From: Ostreococcus lucimarinus
Taxonomy: Eukaryota
NCBI GenBank assembly: GCA_000092065.1
Contig: CP000584.1
DNA: 64,000 nt
Reading direction: 5' to 3' (one strand)
Positions 1 through 9,521 of this stretch are shown here, piece by piece. The notes beneath the pieces were generated by a model. The model was not told the origin of the DNA. It did no database searches and saw nothing but the letters and a program-made list of their open reading frames with translations. Positions within the stretch are counted from its first letter, which is position 1, and each line of letters begins with the position of its first letter. The position numbers and the translations under genes are program-made.

Positions 1-1
1 C

Positions 2-187
2 GACGCGTACATGCGCGAAAAGCACGCGTCGCCGAGAGCGTTTAATTTAGAGAAGGCGCGGGCGGTCCTGGATTCGCTGAAAGCGGACCACGCCAAGTTA
101 CCCGAGGCCGCGGGGCCGTTTTCGCTGCCGAAGACGTGGCCCGGGATGTCCCTGGTGCTGGAGCGGTGCGGCGATTCGTTGGAATAG
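2..187 (+). CDS. 3' end (last 61 codons) of a gene that starts upstream of the window; product unknown
   Basis: Frame 2 is open from the window edge and reads ...LEKARAVLDSLKADHAKLPEAAGPFSLPKTWPGMSLVLERCGDSLE, then TAG at 185-187. It is too short for the ORF track and I recognised no family. Confidence 0.35.
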   Translation, partial: DAYMREKHASPRAFNLEKARAVLDSLKADHAKLPEAAGPFSLPKTWPGMSLVLERCGDSLE

Positions 188-239
188 CGAAGACCGCTAG
201 TAGTGCTAGTATTAGTATTGCATGTCGCGATATATCGCG

Positions 240-2307
240 TCACGCGCTAGGAATGAATTCGCGCGCGGAAAGGTCGAGCTTGGGGACGGCGCCTCGCTTG
301 GCGTACAGCGCTCGACCGTCGGCGGCCAGCGTCAGCGCGCGTTTGAATTCTTCGTCCGCGCCGTTGTAATCCAGCACGCTGACGATAGAGACGGCTTGGA
401 TACCCAGCGCTTTTCCTATGCGTCTTTTGGTGAGCGCAAAGATGACTGGAACATCTTTTTCTCGAGCGTCCGCGATTATTTGTCGGACACGGTCGTCGAG
501 GCCGCCTTCGCTTTCAATCTTCTCGATGTTCGGCGCGATGACGACAACCTTGCTCGTCCGCGCGTCCACGCTTTTCGCGACTTCGCGTAATCCGAAGAGC
601 AACCGCCGGCGCATCTTCGCCTTAATCTTATCGGTGTGGTACAGACGGTCCTGAAAGCGTTTGAGCGTCGAAAGGAGCGTCTTGGTCGCCTCGTTGAGCT
701 CGTCGGTGATTATTTGCTCGGCGTATCGTATGTTTAACGCGCCTTCTTCGCCGACGTACGTCTTCGCCGCTTTATTCTGCGACGCCGCTTTCTCCGCCGC
801 TTCAGGGTCGTCCCGAATCGCGAGCTTTTTCGCATGCAGTTTACCGCCGACGTGCGCGTTCCATGCTTGCTCGCCGAAGCACTTCACGTCGCACACGTCA
901 CACGTTCGAGTCTCCTGCTTCACCTTGGCCGACTTTGGCTCTGGTTCGCCTTTCAGAACGTCCAGCAAACTTCGCACGCCCCACACCCCGGCCGGTGCAC
1001 GCGCTTCGATGATGTCGAGCTTCTGTTGTACGCTGTGCTCGTCGGCGTTCTCGCCCTCTGCTGCGGCGGATTCGTCCGACACATCTTCATCCGAATCATC
1101 GTCCGAGTCTGCATCCATGCACATGAAATTCACACCAACAGAGTGATTCGTCTCGTCGTACGTCAGAAGCACATACACCCAGTCGACGCGAACCTCGATC
1201 TCGACTTCCACTTCCTCTTCGACGATCTTCTTTGATTCTTCCTCTCGCCGCGTTGTGCGCTCTCGAAGAATTATCTTTTTCAGCGTCGATTGCTTCTTTT
1301 TCTTCCCTTCTCGTCGCGCTTTGCCGCGTTTGGGCACCATGCCCGTCGACGTCGCCATGTTTGTGCTTCTAATCATCTGCTGCTCTTTACCCTCTGCCCT
1401 CGCGTTCTTCGCCGGCTTGTCCGTCTTGAAGTACGTCGCGAGAGAGTTCACCATGCTATTCGAAGTCTTCGTCTTAGAAGACACCAAGTCGCCTAAGTTC
1501 AGCGACACACGATTGACTTGCGTATTGGCCGTCGGTATAATTCCAGCAGCGATCTGCGCCGCCTCTAGAACCTTCGCCTCGGGATTATTCAAACCGTAAT
1601 GCGAAGCGCCGATGTGCTGCTCCAACGCGTCGTACGCCTTGAACGCGCGTCCACACACCTGACACCGAACTTTGCCGAACTTATCCATCACCGACCGCCT
1701 CGACTCGCGATGAAGTAACTCTGCGGTGATGATGGGAAGTTTCGGCGCTAAGGCTTTCGTCGTCGAGACTTGTCGCTTCCCCGTGGGCGCCGCGCGCCGC
1801 GATTCAGACGCCATGATATCCCGTAAACTCGTCCCACCCTCGCGCGTCAATGCCCCGGCGCGCGCTATCGGCGCCGGTTCCGATGTCATCATCTTGACCG
1901 GCTTCACGTTCCACGCCGGCACGCTCGGCGCCGGCGCGGGCGGCAACAACGCAGGCTTCGCCTTCGTCTCGTCCGCCGTCGCGTCGACGCTCTTCGTCTT
2001 CGTCTTCGTCTTCGCCTTCGTCTTCGCCGCGTCTGTCCCGTCTCGCCCATCCCCTTTCCCGCGCTGCTTCATTCTAACGACATCATCGACGTCGCATCGC
2101 ATGCGCCCCTCGTCCATTCTCTCGCGCCGCCACGCCGCGCACTTCGCGACGTCGTCCTCGCTCGCGCCTCGAGCAAACTTGCTGCACCGCGTCCCCTTCC
2201 CCTCGACGACGTGCGCCGTCGCCGCGAACGCCGCGAACACGCGCTGATTCGCCTCGACGTAGTCGTAGATGAGAGCCGCGCTCGCGTCGTCGTACGTCCG
2301 ACCGTCG

Positions 2308-2344
<37 letters not shown>

Positions 2345-2495
2345 GTCGCACGTTGAGCCCGACGAGGACGTTCATCGGCATCGCGCGCGCTTTGCGCGAG
2401 CATACGGCCTCGATCGCCGCCGCGGTGACGTCCACGGACGCGCGCGAGTGTCCATCGACGCACAGCGCGCTCGCGATGTCGCGCGCGCGCGTCAT
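240..2495 (-). CDS. SECISBP2: SECIS-binding protein 2 (SBP2)-like protein with an L7Ae RNA-binding module and two zinc fingers
   Basis: Track ORF 240..2975(-). The first ATG that does not overlap the divergent neighbour is at 2495 (alternative 2381). The C-terminal L7Ae/L30e module aligns by eye with SBP2 (LFGLREVAKSV..VVVIAPNIEKIESEGGLDDRV..AREKDVPVIFALTKRRIGKALG..VSIVSVLDYNGA). Upstream are a C2H2 finger (CQVCGRAFKAYDALEQHIGASH) and a U1/matrin-like finger (CDVCDVKCFGEQAWNAHVGGKLH). Confidence 0.75.
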
Positions 2496-2543
2496 CGCGC
2501 GCGCGCGTCGACGTGTGCCGTCACTCGTCGTCGCGTCATCGCG

Positions 2544-3485
2544 ATGATGGACGCGTTCGGCGCGCTCGTCCGCGCGTCCTGGGCGCCGATCGCGCGCGGT
2601 GCGCTCGACGGCGTCGAGCTCAACGACGTCGACGTCCTGGTCGTCGCCGAGTGCGCGGCGTTCGCGGCGTGGTGCCTGCTCGGGTCTTGGGTTTGGAAGA
2701 CGTACAGCTTCGTCGACCAACTTTGGAGCGTGACGCCGGTCGTGTACGTCGCGACGTACGCGTATCACGGCGTCGGCACGGCGGCGCGGGCGCGGTTGAC
2801 GCTCATGCTGGGATTGGCGCTGCTGTGGGGGGCGAGGCTGACGTATAACTTTGCCAGGAAGGGTGGTTACGCCGGAGAGGAGGATTACCGCTGGGGCGAG
2901 TTGCGAAAGAATAAACTGTTGCGTAATCCGATCGTCTGGCAGCTGTTCAACGTGTCGTTCATCGCGGTGTATCAAAACGTGTTGTTGCTATTGATCGCCC
3001 TGCCCGCGGCGGTGGCGTATCGATCGAAAGAGGCGCTGGCGTGGCGCGGCGCCGACGGCGTCGCGCTGTGCGCGTGGACGGCGGCGTTTCTCGTCGAAGT
3101 CGCCGCGGATGAGCAGCAGTGGCGGTTTCAACGCTCCAAGCGCGGGTTGGCGCGCAAGGTGAAGGGGTGGAAAGAGGATTACGAGCGAGGGTTCTTGACG
3201 CACGCGCTGTTCGCGTGGTCGCGACACCCGAATTTTTGGGCCGAGCAGACGATGTGGGTGAGCTTTAGCGGCTTCGCCGCGGCGAGCTTAAAGTCCAAGG
3301 CGTTCTTCACGCCCGCGCTCATCGGACCGATTCTGTTGATACTGCTGTTCCAAGGCTCGACGTCGTTCACCGAAGCCATCACGGGGAAAAAGTACCCGGA
3401 TTACAAGGCGTACCAAGACGCGACGAGTCGGTTGCTCCCGCTGCCTCGTCGCCGCGCTTTGCCGCCGCCGACGAAGAAGGATTAA
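2544..3485 (+). CDS. DUF1295 / steroid-5-alpha-reductase-like polytopic membrane protein
   Basis: ATG at 2544 (MMDAFGAL) lies inside track ORF 2211..3485. There are several hydrophobic helices. Motifs YSFVDQLWSVTPVVY and WSRHPNFWAEQTMW are typical of the DUF1295 family. Confidence 0.8.
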   Translation: MMDAFGALVRASWAPIARGALDGVELNDVDVLVVAECAAFAAWCLLGSWVWKTYSFVDQLWSVTPVVYVATYAYHGVGTAARARLTLMLGLALLWGARLTYNFARKGGYAGEEDYRWGELRKNKLLRNPIVWQLFNVSFIAVYQNVLLLLIALPAAVAYRSKEALAWRGADGVALCAWTAAFLVEVAADEQQWRFQRSKRGLARKVKGWKEDYERGFLTHALFAWSRHPNFWAEQTMWVSFSGFAAASLKSKAFFTPALIGPILLILLFQGSTSFTEAITGKKYPDYKAYQDATSRLLPLPRRRALPPPTKKD

Positions 3486-3557
3486 AGTCCGCGACGCGGT
3501 GCGTTCGCTCGTTTTACCCGCTAAAATCAATATTCTCAACTCCTACCGCCATGTTTC

Positions 3558-4019
3558 CTAGTGCGTTTCCGCGAGCTCTTCCTCCCGCTGTCTCGACAGG
3601 TGCAACAGCGCGTCCACCCTTCGCTCGCGCGCCGCGCGCCTCGCGTCCACCTCCGCGCTCACCTCCTCGTACCGCATCCCTCGCCCCGGCTCCCCTCCCT
3701 CTTCGATGACATCGTATTGATCGTAATTCGCGTACCCTCTCGCGATCGCCTCCCCTCGCGCGTCTCCCTCGCCCCGCGTTCGCGCCTTCGCGACGTCCTC
3801 CGTCTCCCCCATCACCGCCCGTCGCTTCGCCTCGCGCAACCGTCGCCGCCCCGGATCGTTCCCACGCCTCCCGCGCACCACGCGCGCCATCTGTCGCCCG
3901 AGCGCGCACGCGACGCCCACCCCCAGCGCGAGATACGTCAGCGCGAACATCGCCCGCATCAAATTCGCGTCCCGTTCGACGCGCATCGCCGGCGGCGGCG
4001 GCGGCGGCATCGACGCCAT
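3558..4019 (-). CDS. Hypothetical small single-pass membrane protein (153 aa)
   Basis: This is the 3' part of track ORF 3558..4817(-), starting at ATG 4019 (MASMPPPPPPAMRVERDANLMRAMFALTYLALGVGVACAL...). The upstream part of that ORF overlaps the RING gene and is R/S-rich noise. No family recognised. Confidence 0.35.
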   Translation of the reverse strand: MASMPPPPPPAMRVERDANLMRAMFALTYLALGVGVACALGRQMARVVRGRRGNDPGRRRLREAKRRAVMGETEDVAKARTRGEGDARGEAIARGYANYDQYDVIEEGGEPGRGMRYEEVSAEVDARRAARERRVDALLHLSRQREEELAETH

Positions 4020-4138
4020 GTCGGCGTCGAGGACCGGCGCGACGACGTCGAGGATCGTCGCGCGGCGCGCCTCGGTCGCCGCGCGTCGACGAGTCGCGAC
4101 CGTCGGCGCGCGCCGTCGACGCGTTCGGCCGCGGCGTT

Positions 4139-4203
4139 GGTCCGTGTTAAAGTGTCCCCGTCGTGAGACTATGGTCCGTGTTAAAGTGTCCCCGTCGTGA
4201 GAC
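4139..4203. repeat. Perfect tandem duplication of a 31-bp unit (period 34 bp) in a divergent intergenic region
   Basis: ggtccgtgttaaagtgtccccgtcgtgagac occurs at 4139-4169 and again at 4173-4203, separated by tat. Two track ORFs that end ...VRVKVSPS* 34 nt apart (4166 and 4200) confirm it. Confidence 0.9.
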
Positions 4204-4377
4204 GACCTCGCGACGGTCGCGGTCGCGGACGCGATTCGTCGTCGCCGCGACGCGACGCGCGCCGACGCGACGCCGCGCGACGCGAGCGACGCGCGCGATC
4301 GCGCGGTCGACGCGTCGGACGCGGACGCGCGAACGACGCGCGACGCGGAAGCGGGACGAACGACGGCGGAGGATTCG

Positions 4378-6183
4378 ATGGCGCCAGGTGGCGACGAAGC
4401 GCCGACGTCGCGCGCGCGCGACGCGCGGCGCGCGCGAGGAGCGACGCGAGGGCGAGGAGGAGGCGCGCGGCGCGCGTTCGTCGCGATGGCGGTCGCGGTG
4501 GCGGTCGCGGCGGCGCGCGTGGGGGCGTCGTACGACGACGACGACGACGACGACGACAGACGAGGCGCGACGACGCTCGCCGTCGGGGGGGACGCCGAGT
4601 ACGGCGAGGTCCTGCTGCGACGCGATAAGTGGTATCGGTTCGACGTGAGCGGGACGTCGTCGGACGTCGTCGTGGAGTTGGAACGGGAGAGCGGGATACC
4701 GCTCGTGTACTTGAAGAAGGACTCGTCGTCGACGGGGGGGTGGCAAAGAATCGTGGGAGCGTACGCGGCGATCGGGAAGTCGAACGAGTGGTGGGATTTT
4801 CCGTTGAAAAGATACACGGTGGGGAATTACGGCGCGTATGGATACGTGGATGACTACAGAACGATTAAACTCGTCGGCGCGTCGGCGGGGAGGTATTATT
4901 TGCGAGTGAAAAACTTGCAGGAGACGTCGATGACGACGGGACGGGTGACGTATTCCGACGTCGCGAGGTACAAGCTCAGGGTGCGTTCGACGAGCGATGG
5001 CGTGACTCAGGCGCCGTTGTGCGCGTGGGACTGCTCGAGCCACGGGACGTGCGTGAATAGCGGCTCGGCGACCGGCGATAACACCAAATGTGAGTGCGAC
5101 GCGTCGCCGACGATAACGGGCGACGGCTTCACGTTCGCGAGCGGAAGCGCGTGCAGAGATCGTTACGGGACGTACGAGAACTTGAGATCCAAGTCCTCGT
5201 TGACGGTGTCTCCGGGACAGTTTTTGTACTTGTCGTACGACGCGTGGAATTTAGTCAGTCGATCGCAAGATTACGGCTTAGAAATAGACGTGTACTGGGA
5301 GCGCGGCGGCGATCCGTTGCTCCTGGTCAAGGCTGGTTCGCCACCGACGCTCATCGATTACGACGCGCAGTACGGTTCGTTGCGCCTGGGTTACAATTCT
5401 GTCTACCTACCGCGGCTCGCATCGAGTCAAATGTACTACTTTGCCGTCTTCAATCGCAAGTTTGACGCCAACAGTGACTGCGTTTTCAGAATATCGCTGA
5501 CGTCGGCTTCGCGGAACAGGGCGACGAACTCGCCGAACATGGTGTCCATGGCGCTCGTGTTATTCGTGAGCATGAGCTTTTGCTTCGTCGTCGCCCTCAT
5601 CAAGCGATACTTTCAGCGACGCTACTTGACCCAGTTTCGCGAGCAACGAGTGCAGCAGCTGTCGATGGAAGAATTGCGAACGCAACGCCGCAACGACCGC
5701 GACACCAACCCCGGGACACCCGAAGACATCATCTCGCAAATCGCACTGGTGGATTATCATCCCAACTTGAAGGACGGCATCCTCGCCGACGGACAAGAGC
5801 CGACGTGCACGATTTGCTTGGATGATTACGTCGAGGGAGACAAGCTGCGACGCTTCCCGCAGTGCAAACACATGTTCCATCAAGAGTGCGCGGACTTGTG
5901 GTTACACACGAGCCACACGTGCCCGAACTGCCGGGCGTCGCTCCTACCGGAAGAGAACGCGCCCGCGGCGGAGAGCGCGCCCGCGGCGGAGAGCGCGCCG
6001 ATGCCTCCCGGCGTTCCGGGTGGTGTATACGAGCTTGCACCTCTGCCTTACGCGCTTCGCGGGCAAGCGGCGCCAGTCGTAGTCGTTCACATGCCTCCGC
6101 CGCCGACGCCCGTCCGCGGCGCGGGTGGCATAGCGCCCGCAAATTCGCGTCCGTTCGACTCGAGTGAACTCCCGACCATTTAA
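4378..6183 (+). CDS. Type-I membrane RING-H2 E3 ubiquitin-ligase-like protein with a luminal/extracellular beta-sandwich + EGF-like region
   Basis: Track ORF 601 aa. RING-H2: CTICLDDYVEGDKLRRFPQCKHMFHQECADLWLHTSHTCPNC. TM helix: MVSMALVLFVSMSFCFVVALI. EGF-like: CAWDCSSHGTCVNSGSATGDNTKCEC. Two segments resemble pre-peptidase C-terminal (PPC) domains (..GDPLLLVKAGSPPTLIDYDAQ..MYYFAVFN). The start may instead be ATG 4486 (MAVAVAVAAARVGA, signal-like). Confidence 0.8.
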   Translation: MAPGGDEAPTSRARDARRARGATRGRGGGARRAFVAMAVAVAVAAARVGASYDDDDDDDDRRGATTLAVGGDAEYGEVLLRRDKWYRFDVSGTSSDVVVELERESGIPLVYLKKDSSSTGGWQRIVGAYAAIGKSNEWWDFPLKRYTVGNYGAYGYVDDYRTIKLVGASAGRYYLRVKNLQETSMTTGRVTYSDVARYKLRVRSTSDGVTQAPLCAWDCSSHGTCVNSGSATGDNTKCECDASPTITGDGFTFASGSACRDRYGTYENLRSKSSLTVSPGQFLYLSYDAWNLVSRSQDYGLEIDVYWERGGDPLLLVKAGSPPTLIDYDAQYGSLRLGYNSVYLPRLASSQMYYFAVFNRKFDANSDCVFRISLTSASRNRATNSPNMVSMALVLFVSMSFCFVVALIKRYFQRRYLTQFREQRVQQLSMEELRTQRRNDRDTNPGTPEDIISQIALVDYHPNLKDGILADGQEPTCTICLDDYVEGDKLRRFPQCKHMFHQECADLWLHTSHTCPNCRASLLPEENAPAAESAPAAESAPMPPGVPGGVYELAPLPYALRGQAAPVVVVHMPPPPTPVRGAGGIAPANSRPFDSSELPTI

Positions 6184-6236
6184 GCCCGAGTCGAGCGAAC
6201 TTTTTACTGTGTCATCATTATTGCATATTGTTATCA

Positions 6237-6241
6237 TTACA
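6237..6241 (-). terminator. Candidate TGTAA polyadenylation signal for the kinase gene
   Basis: ttaca on the plus strand is TGTAA on the minus strand, 16 nt downstream of the stop at 6257. TGTAA is the usual green-algal poly(A) signal. Confidence 0.35.
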
Positions 6242-6256
6242 CGTAGCGCATCTTCA

Positions 6257-7264
6257 CTATATTGTCGTATCTTCACTTTTGCGTCGCTGGCCAGTGAGCA
6301 TCGCACGCGCGCGCCGACCAAGCTCAACCAAGCTCAATCTGCGACTGACGGCGCCGGTGCCGCGAGCCGGCGAGCCGGCGAGAACCCATGGGTGTCTCGA
6401 CACCTCGCGTAACGTGATTCGCTTCTTCGGGTCGGGGTGTAGCATACGAAGAATCAGATCTTTGACCTCGTTCGATATCGATCGAGACATCGGCGCGATG
6501 TTTCCCTTCACGATGTTTTCGAGCGTCAACTTCACGGAGTTTGGGCGGTCTGGATTTTGAAATGGATATGTGCCAGTCAACATGATGTAACAAAAGACCC
6601 CGCACGACCAAACATCGCAAGCCTTCGCGTCGTACTTTGTTCGTCTCACGTTCCCGTCGCCGTCGTGCTTGTCCAGCATCTCGGGCGCCATGTAATCCGG
6701 CGTGCCGACCGCGCGCGTCGCGACGCTATCCAGGCCCTTGGCCAATCCGAAATCGATGAGTTTCAAATCTCCGTGCGGCTCGCACACGATCGCGTTCTCG
6801 GGTTTGACGTCTCGATGACACAATCCGTGATCGTGTATCATCCGGATCGCCTCCACGAGCTGCGAGAACAACCGTCTCGCCGTGACTTCGTCCAATCGTC
6901 CGCCCCGCGCGTTTATGAAATCCAAAACGTCGACCCCCCGCGCGAGTTCAAACACCAACACCAACAAATCTTCCCCATCGTTCACAACATTCATCAATCG
7001 CACGACTCGACTCGTCGACGCCATCAATTTCGTCGCGTACTTGATCTCCCTCTTCACCGCCGCCAGCGGCACCTTCACCCTCGCCCCGTCGCCGACGTCC
7101 AAGCACTTCAGCGCGACTTTTTCCCCCGTCTCCCGATCCACGCCCTCGTACACCAACGCCGTGCCACCGCGATTGATCAGCTTCGTCACCTCGTACCGCG
7201 CGTTTTTCCCCACCGTCGTCCCGCGCGCGAGTTCGTTCGCCGCCGCGCGCGTCGACCGCATCAT
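6257..7264 (-). CDS. Serine/threonine protein kinase (CAMK/SnRK-like)
   Basis: Full 335-aa track ORF starting ATGATG. Gly-loop region INRGGTALVYEG, VALKCL, catalytic loop HRDVKPENAIV, DFGLAK, GTPDYMAPE, DVWSCGV. Confidence 0.9.
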   Translation of the reverse strand: MMRSTRAAANELARGTTVGKNARYEVTKLINRGGTALVYEGVDRETGEKVALKCLDVGDGARVKVPLAAVKREIKYATKLMASTSRVVRLMNVVNDGEDLLVLVFELARGVDVLDFINARGGRLDEVTARRLFSQLVEAIRMIHDHGLCHRDVKPENAIVCEPHGDLKLIDFGLAKGLDSVATRAVGTPDYMAPEMLDKHDGDGNVRRTKYDAKACDVWSCGVFCYIMLTGTYPFQNPDRPNSVKLTLENIVKGNIAPMSRSISNEVKDLILRMLHPDPKKRITLREVSRHPWVLAGSPARGTGAVSRRLSLVELGRRARAMLTGQRRKSEDTTI

Positions 7265-7290
7265 CGCGACGTCGATTGGTCTTCTCGGCG

Positions 7291-8391
7291 ATGGCGCCGG
7301 GTCGCGATCCGCGTTCGTTCGACGACGGCGCGTTCGCGACGACGCGATGCGGTTCGCGACGGACGACGACGCGACGCTCGTTTCGGACGCGCGTCGCGAC
7401 GAAGGCGCTCGATCGACGCGTCGACGAAAGCGACGCGTCGACGAATCGAATCGTTCGCTCGAACGCGTCGACGTGTGGCGATCGAACCGACGCGCGTCGA
7501 CCGGCGATCGCGACGCGCGGCGACGCGATGCGGGACGCGGTGTACTACCCGGACGACGACGACGACGCGCGCGAGGACGCGCGCGAGGACGGCGCGACGA
7601 CGACGACGCGCGCGGGCGCGACGACGACGACGACGACGACGACGATCGCGACGGGCGATGCGAGCGAAGGCGATGGGAAAGCGCGCGCGACGATCGCGAC
7701 GGGCGCGCGCGAGGGAGGGGGGAGTTACACCACGCCGGGAGTGGTTCCGCCGGTGATGCCGACGCGGTTGGTGAGCGCGAGGACGTACGAGAGCGAACCG
7801 GCGAGAGGGACGCCGGTGAGCGCGATTGAGACGCGACCGCGACCGCAGACGATCGCGCGCGCGCAGGGCGGCGTGTTCGCGTTCGTGTCGCCGATGTTCG
7901 CGGACATGGATGATCCTCAAGTGCGCGCGGTGATGGAACGGGAGTTCGCGCGCGAGTTGGGGTTGCCCGAGGGCGAACTGCCGGTGGATTTGGAGCACTT
8001 CATGCTGGCGCGACAGTTGAGTCGCGTGGTGCGTTTGTTCGCGTTGATCGATATGGTGTTGTGCGTGTTGTACGCGCTGAGCGGGGTGAGCGTGATCGCG
8101 GTGTTACTCATAGGCCCGCTCGCTGGGTTCGTGGGGGCGCGCATGTACAGTCCAGGGCTCACCGCTTGTTACGTGGCGTTTTGCGTGGCGTCCATCGTTT
8201 GGCGAATTTTGAATTTCGTCTTTATGAAAAATGTCACCGCGCGCGTGCTGTCGGTGATCACCATCATCTTAGCGACGTACATCACGCGATTGGTGATTCG
8301 GTTTTATCACGTCGTGCGCGTGATACCGCTCGAGGGACAAATTTTGCTTCGGCAACTCGACTTCGCGAACTCGGCGGCGCCCGTGGTCTAA
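7291..8391 (+). CDS. Hypothetical protein with a low-complexity N-terminal half and a C-terminal 3-4 helix membrane domain
   Basis: Track ORF 7276..8391 starts at TTG; the first ATG is 7291. The C-terminus is hydrophobic (VVRLFALIDMVLCVLYALSGVSVIAVLLIGPLAGFVGA.., VLSVITIILATYITRLVIRF). The true start is uncertain (later ATGs are possible). Confidence 0.5.
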   Translation: MAPGRDPRSFDDGAFATTRCGSRRTTTRRSFRTRVATKALDRRVDESDASTNRIVRSNASTCGDRTDARRPAIATRGDAMRDAVYYPDDDDDAREDAREDGATTTTRAGATTTTTTTTIATGDASEGDGKARATIATGAREGGGSYTTPGVVPPVMPTRLVSARTYESEPARGTPVSAIETRPRPQTIARAQGGVFAFVSPMFADMDDPQVRAVMEREFARELGLPEGELPVDLEHFMLARQLSRVVRLFALIDMVLCVLYALSGVSVIAVLLIGPLAGFVGARMYSPGLTACYVAFCVASIVWRILNFVFMKNVTARVLSVITIILATYITRLVIRFYHVVRVIPLEGQILLRQLDFANSAAPVV

Positions 8392-8392
8392 A

Positions 8393-8397
8393 TGTAA
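8393..8397 (+). terminator. Candidate TGTAA polyadenylation signal
   Basis: TGTAA begins 2 nt after the TAA stop at 8389-8391. Confidence 0.4.
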
Positions 8398-8453
8398 TTT
8401 TCAACGTACAATAGTCGATAGTTACAGCTGCTGCTACCTAAACGCCGACCGAC

Positions 8454-9446
8454 CTAACCGCGCGGTTTTTGGTGTCGTCGCCGTCCGAGCGATTTCCAGA
8501 ACGCCTTGACCTCTTTCCGCGCGTTCGGACGTCCTCGGCCTCCGCAAAACGACTCGGCGTCTTTGCCTGGCGGAACAAAGCACGCGCACGAGCCGTGTTT
8601 TTTCACCTTCTTCACGCGCTTCAACACGAACCAGCGACGGACGCGTCGTTTCGACGACGAGCCTTCGCTCGTTATGAGCTTTCGATATCCCTCTCTGTCC
8701 TCGACCCAACCGTGCGCGCAAAACGTATCCATCCACCACCGCCTCGTTTGATACGTTTCGTCTTCGTCTCCCACCGGGCTCCCACCGTCGAGCGTCTTCG
8801 CCAGCGCGAACACCATCATCGCCCCTTTCTTCGCCACGCGCGTGGCTTCGTTTATCACCGGATCGACGTTTTCTTTCGTCGCCTTCATCTCCATCTTCCC
8901 GAACGTCTCGAACGCGACGACGTAATCGAAAAACGCTCGTCGATACGGCAAGCGCCGCAACGACGCCGCCGTCGCCACGCCTTTCGCCGCCAAATCTCCC
9001 CCCCGATCGCGCGTGCGCGCGATTCTCGGATCGACGCCCACTATCTTAAACCCTCGTTCTCGCATCTCTCGCAAAAACGTGCCCGTGCCGCACGCCAGCT
9101 CCAATCCGCGCGCGTCTCGCCGCCGTCCCGCCGCCGCGCGCACGAACGCCCCCATCCCTTCGCACGCCCCGCACGTCGCCCGCATCTCCGCCTCGCCGAT
9201 CGTCACCGCGCGCGTCTCGTCATCATCATCCTCCGCTCGCCCTCGCGCGAACCACGACGCGAGCGCGGACGGCGGCGCCGGCGGCGCGCGCACGCGCGCG
9301 CCGTCCGGTCGAACGAACGTCGTCGCGTTCGCATCTTTCGACGCCGCGCGGTGCGCCCACGTCAGCGTCGCGCACGCGACGGCGACGAGGACGAAGAGCG
9401 TCGGTCGGCATCGCCTCGGGCGCGCGACGACGCGCGAGAGCGCCAT
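8454..9446 (-). CDS. Class I SAM-dependent methyltransferase with an N-terminal signal anchor
   Basis: ATG at 9446 (MALSRVVARPRRCRPTLFVLVAVACATLTWA) inside track ORF 8454..9917(-). Motif I LELACGTGTFLREMRERGFKIVGVD; downstream FDYVVAFETF and VAKKGAMMVFAL. Confidence 0.7.
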   Translation of the reverse strand: MALSRVVARPRRCRPTLFVLVAVACATLTWAHRAASKDANATTFVRPDGARVRAPPAPPSALASWFARGRAEDDDDETRAVTIGEAEMRATCGACEGMGAFVRAAAGRRRDARGLELACGTGTFLREMRERGFKIVGVDPRIARTRDRGGDLAAKGVATAASLRRLPYRRAFFDYVVAFETFGKMEMKATKENVDPVINEATRVAKKGAMMVFALAKTLDGGSPVGDEDETYQTRRWWMDTFCAHGWVEDREGYRKLITSEGSSSKRRVRRWFVLKRVKKVKKHGSCACFVPPGKDAESFCGGRGRPNARKEVKAFWKSLGRRRHQKPRG

Positions 9447-9521
9447 CGCGGCGCGGCGCGGCGCGGCGCGAAGTGCCGTTCGGGCGCGGCGCCATTCGTC
9501 CGCGCGCGACGACGCGCCGTC

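Noticed and set aside
2496-2975. N-terminal 160 aa of the track ORF for the SBP2-like gene (start 2975); similarly 4020-4817 for ORF 3558..4817
   Set aside because: These extensions run through the coding region of the divergently transcribed neighbour and are R/P/Q-rich. The first ATG clear of the neighbour was preferred.
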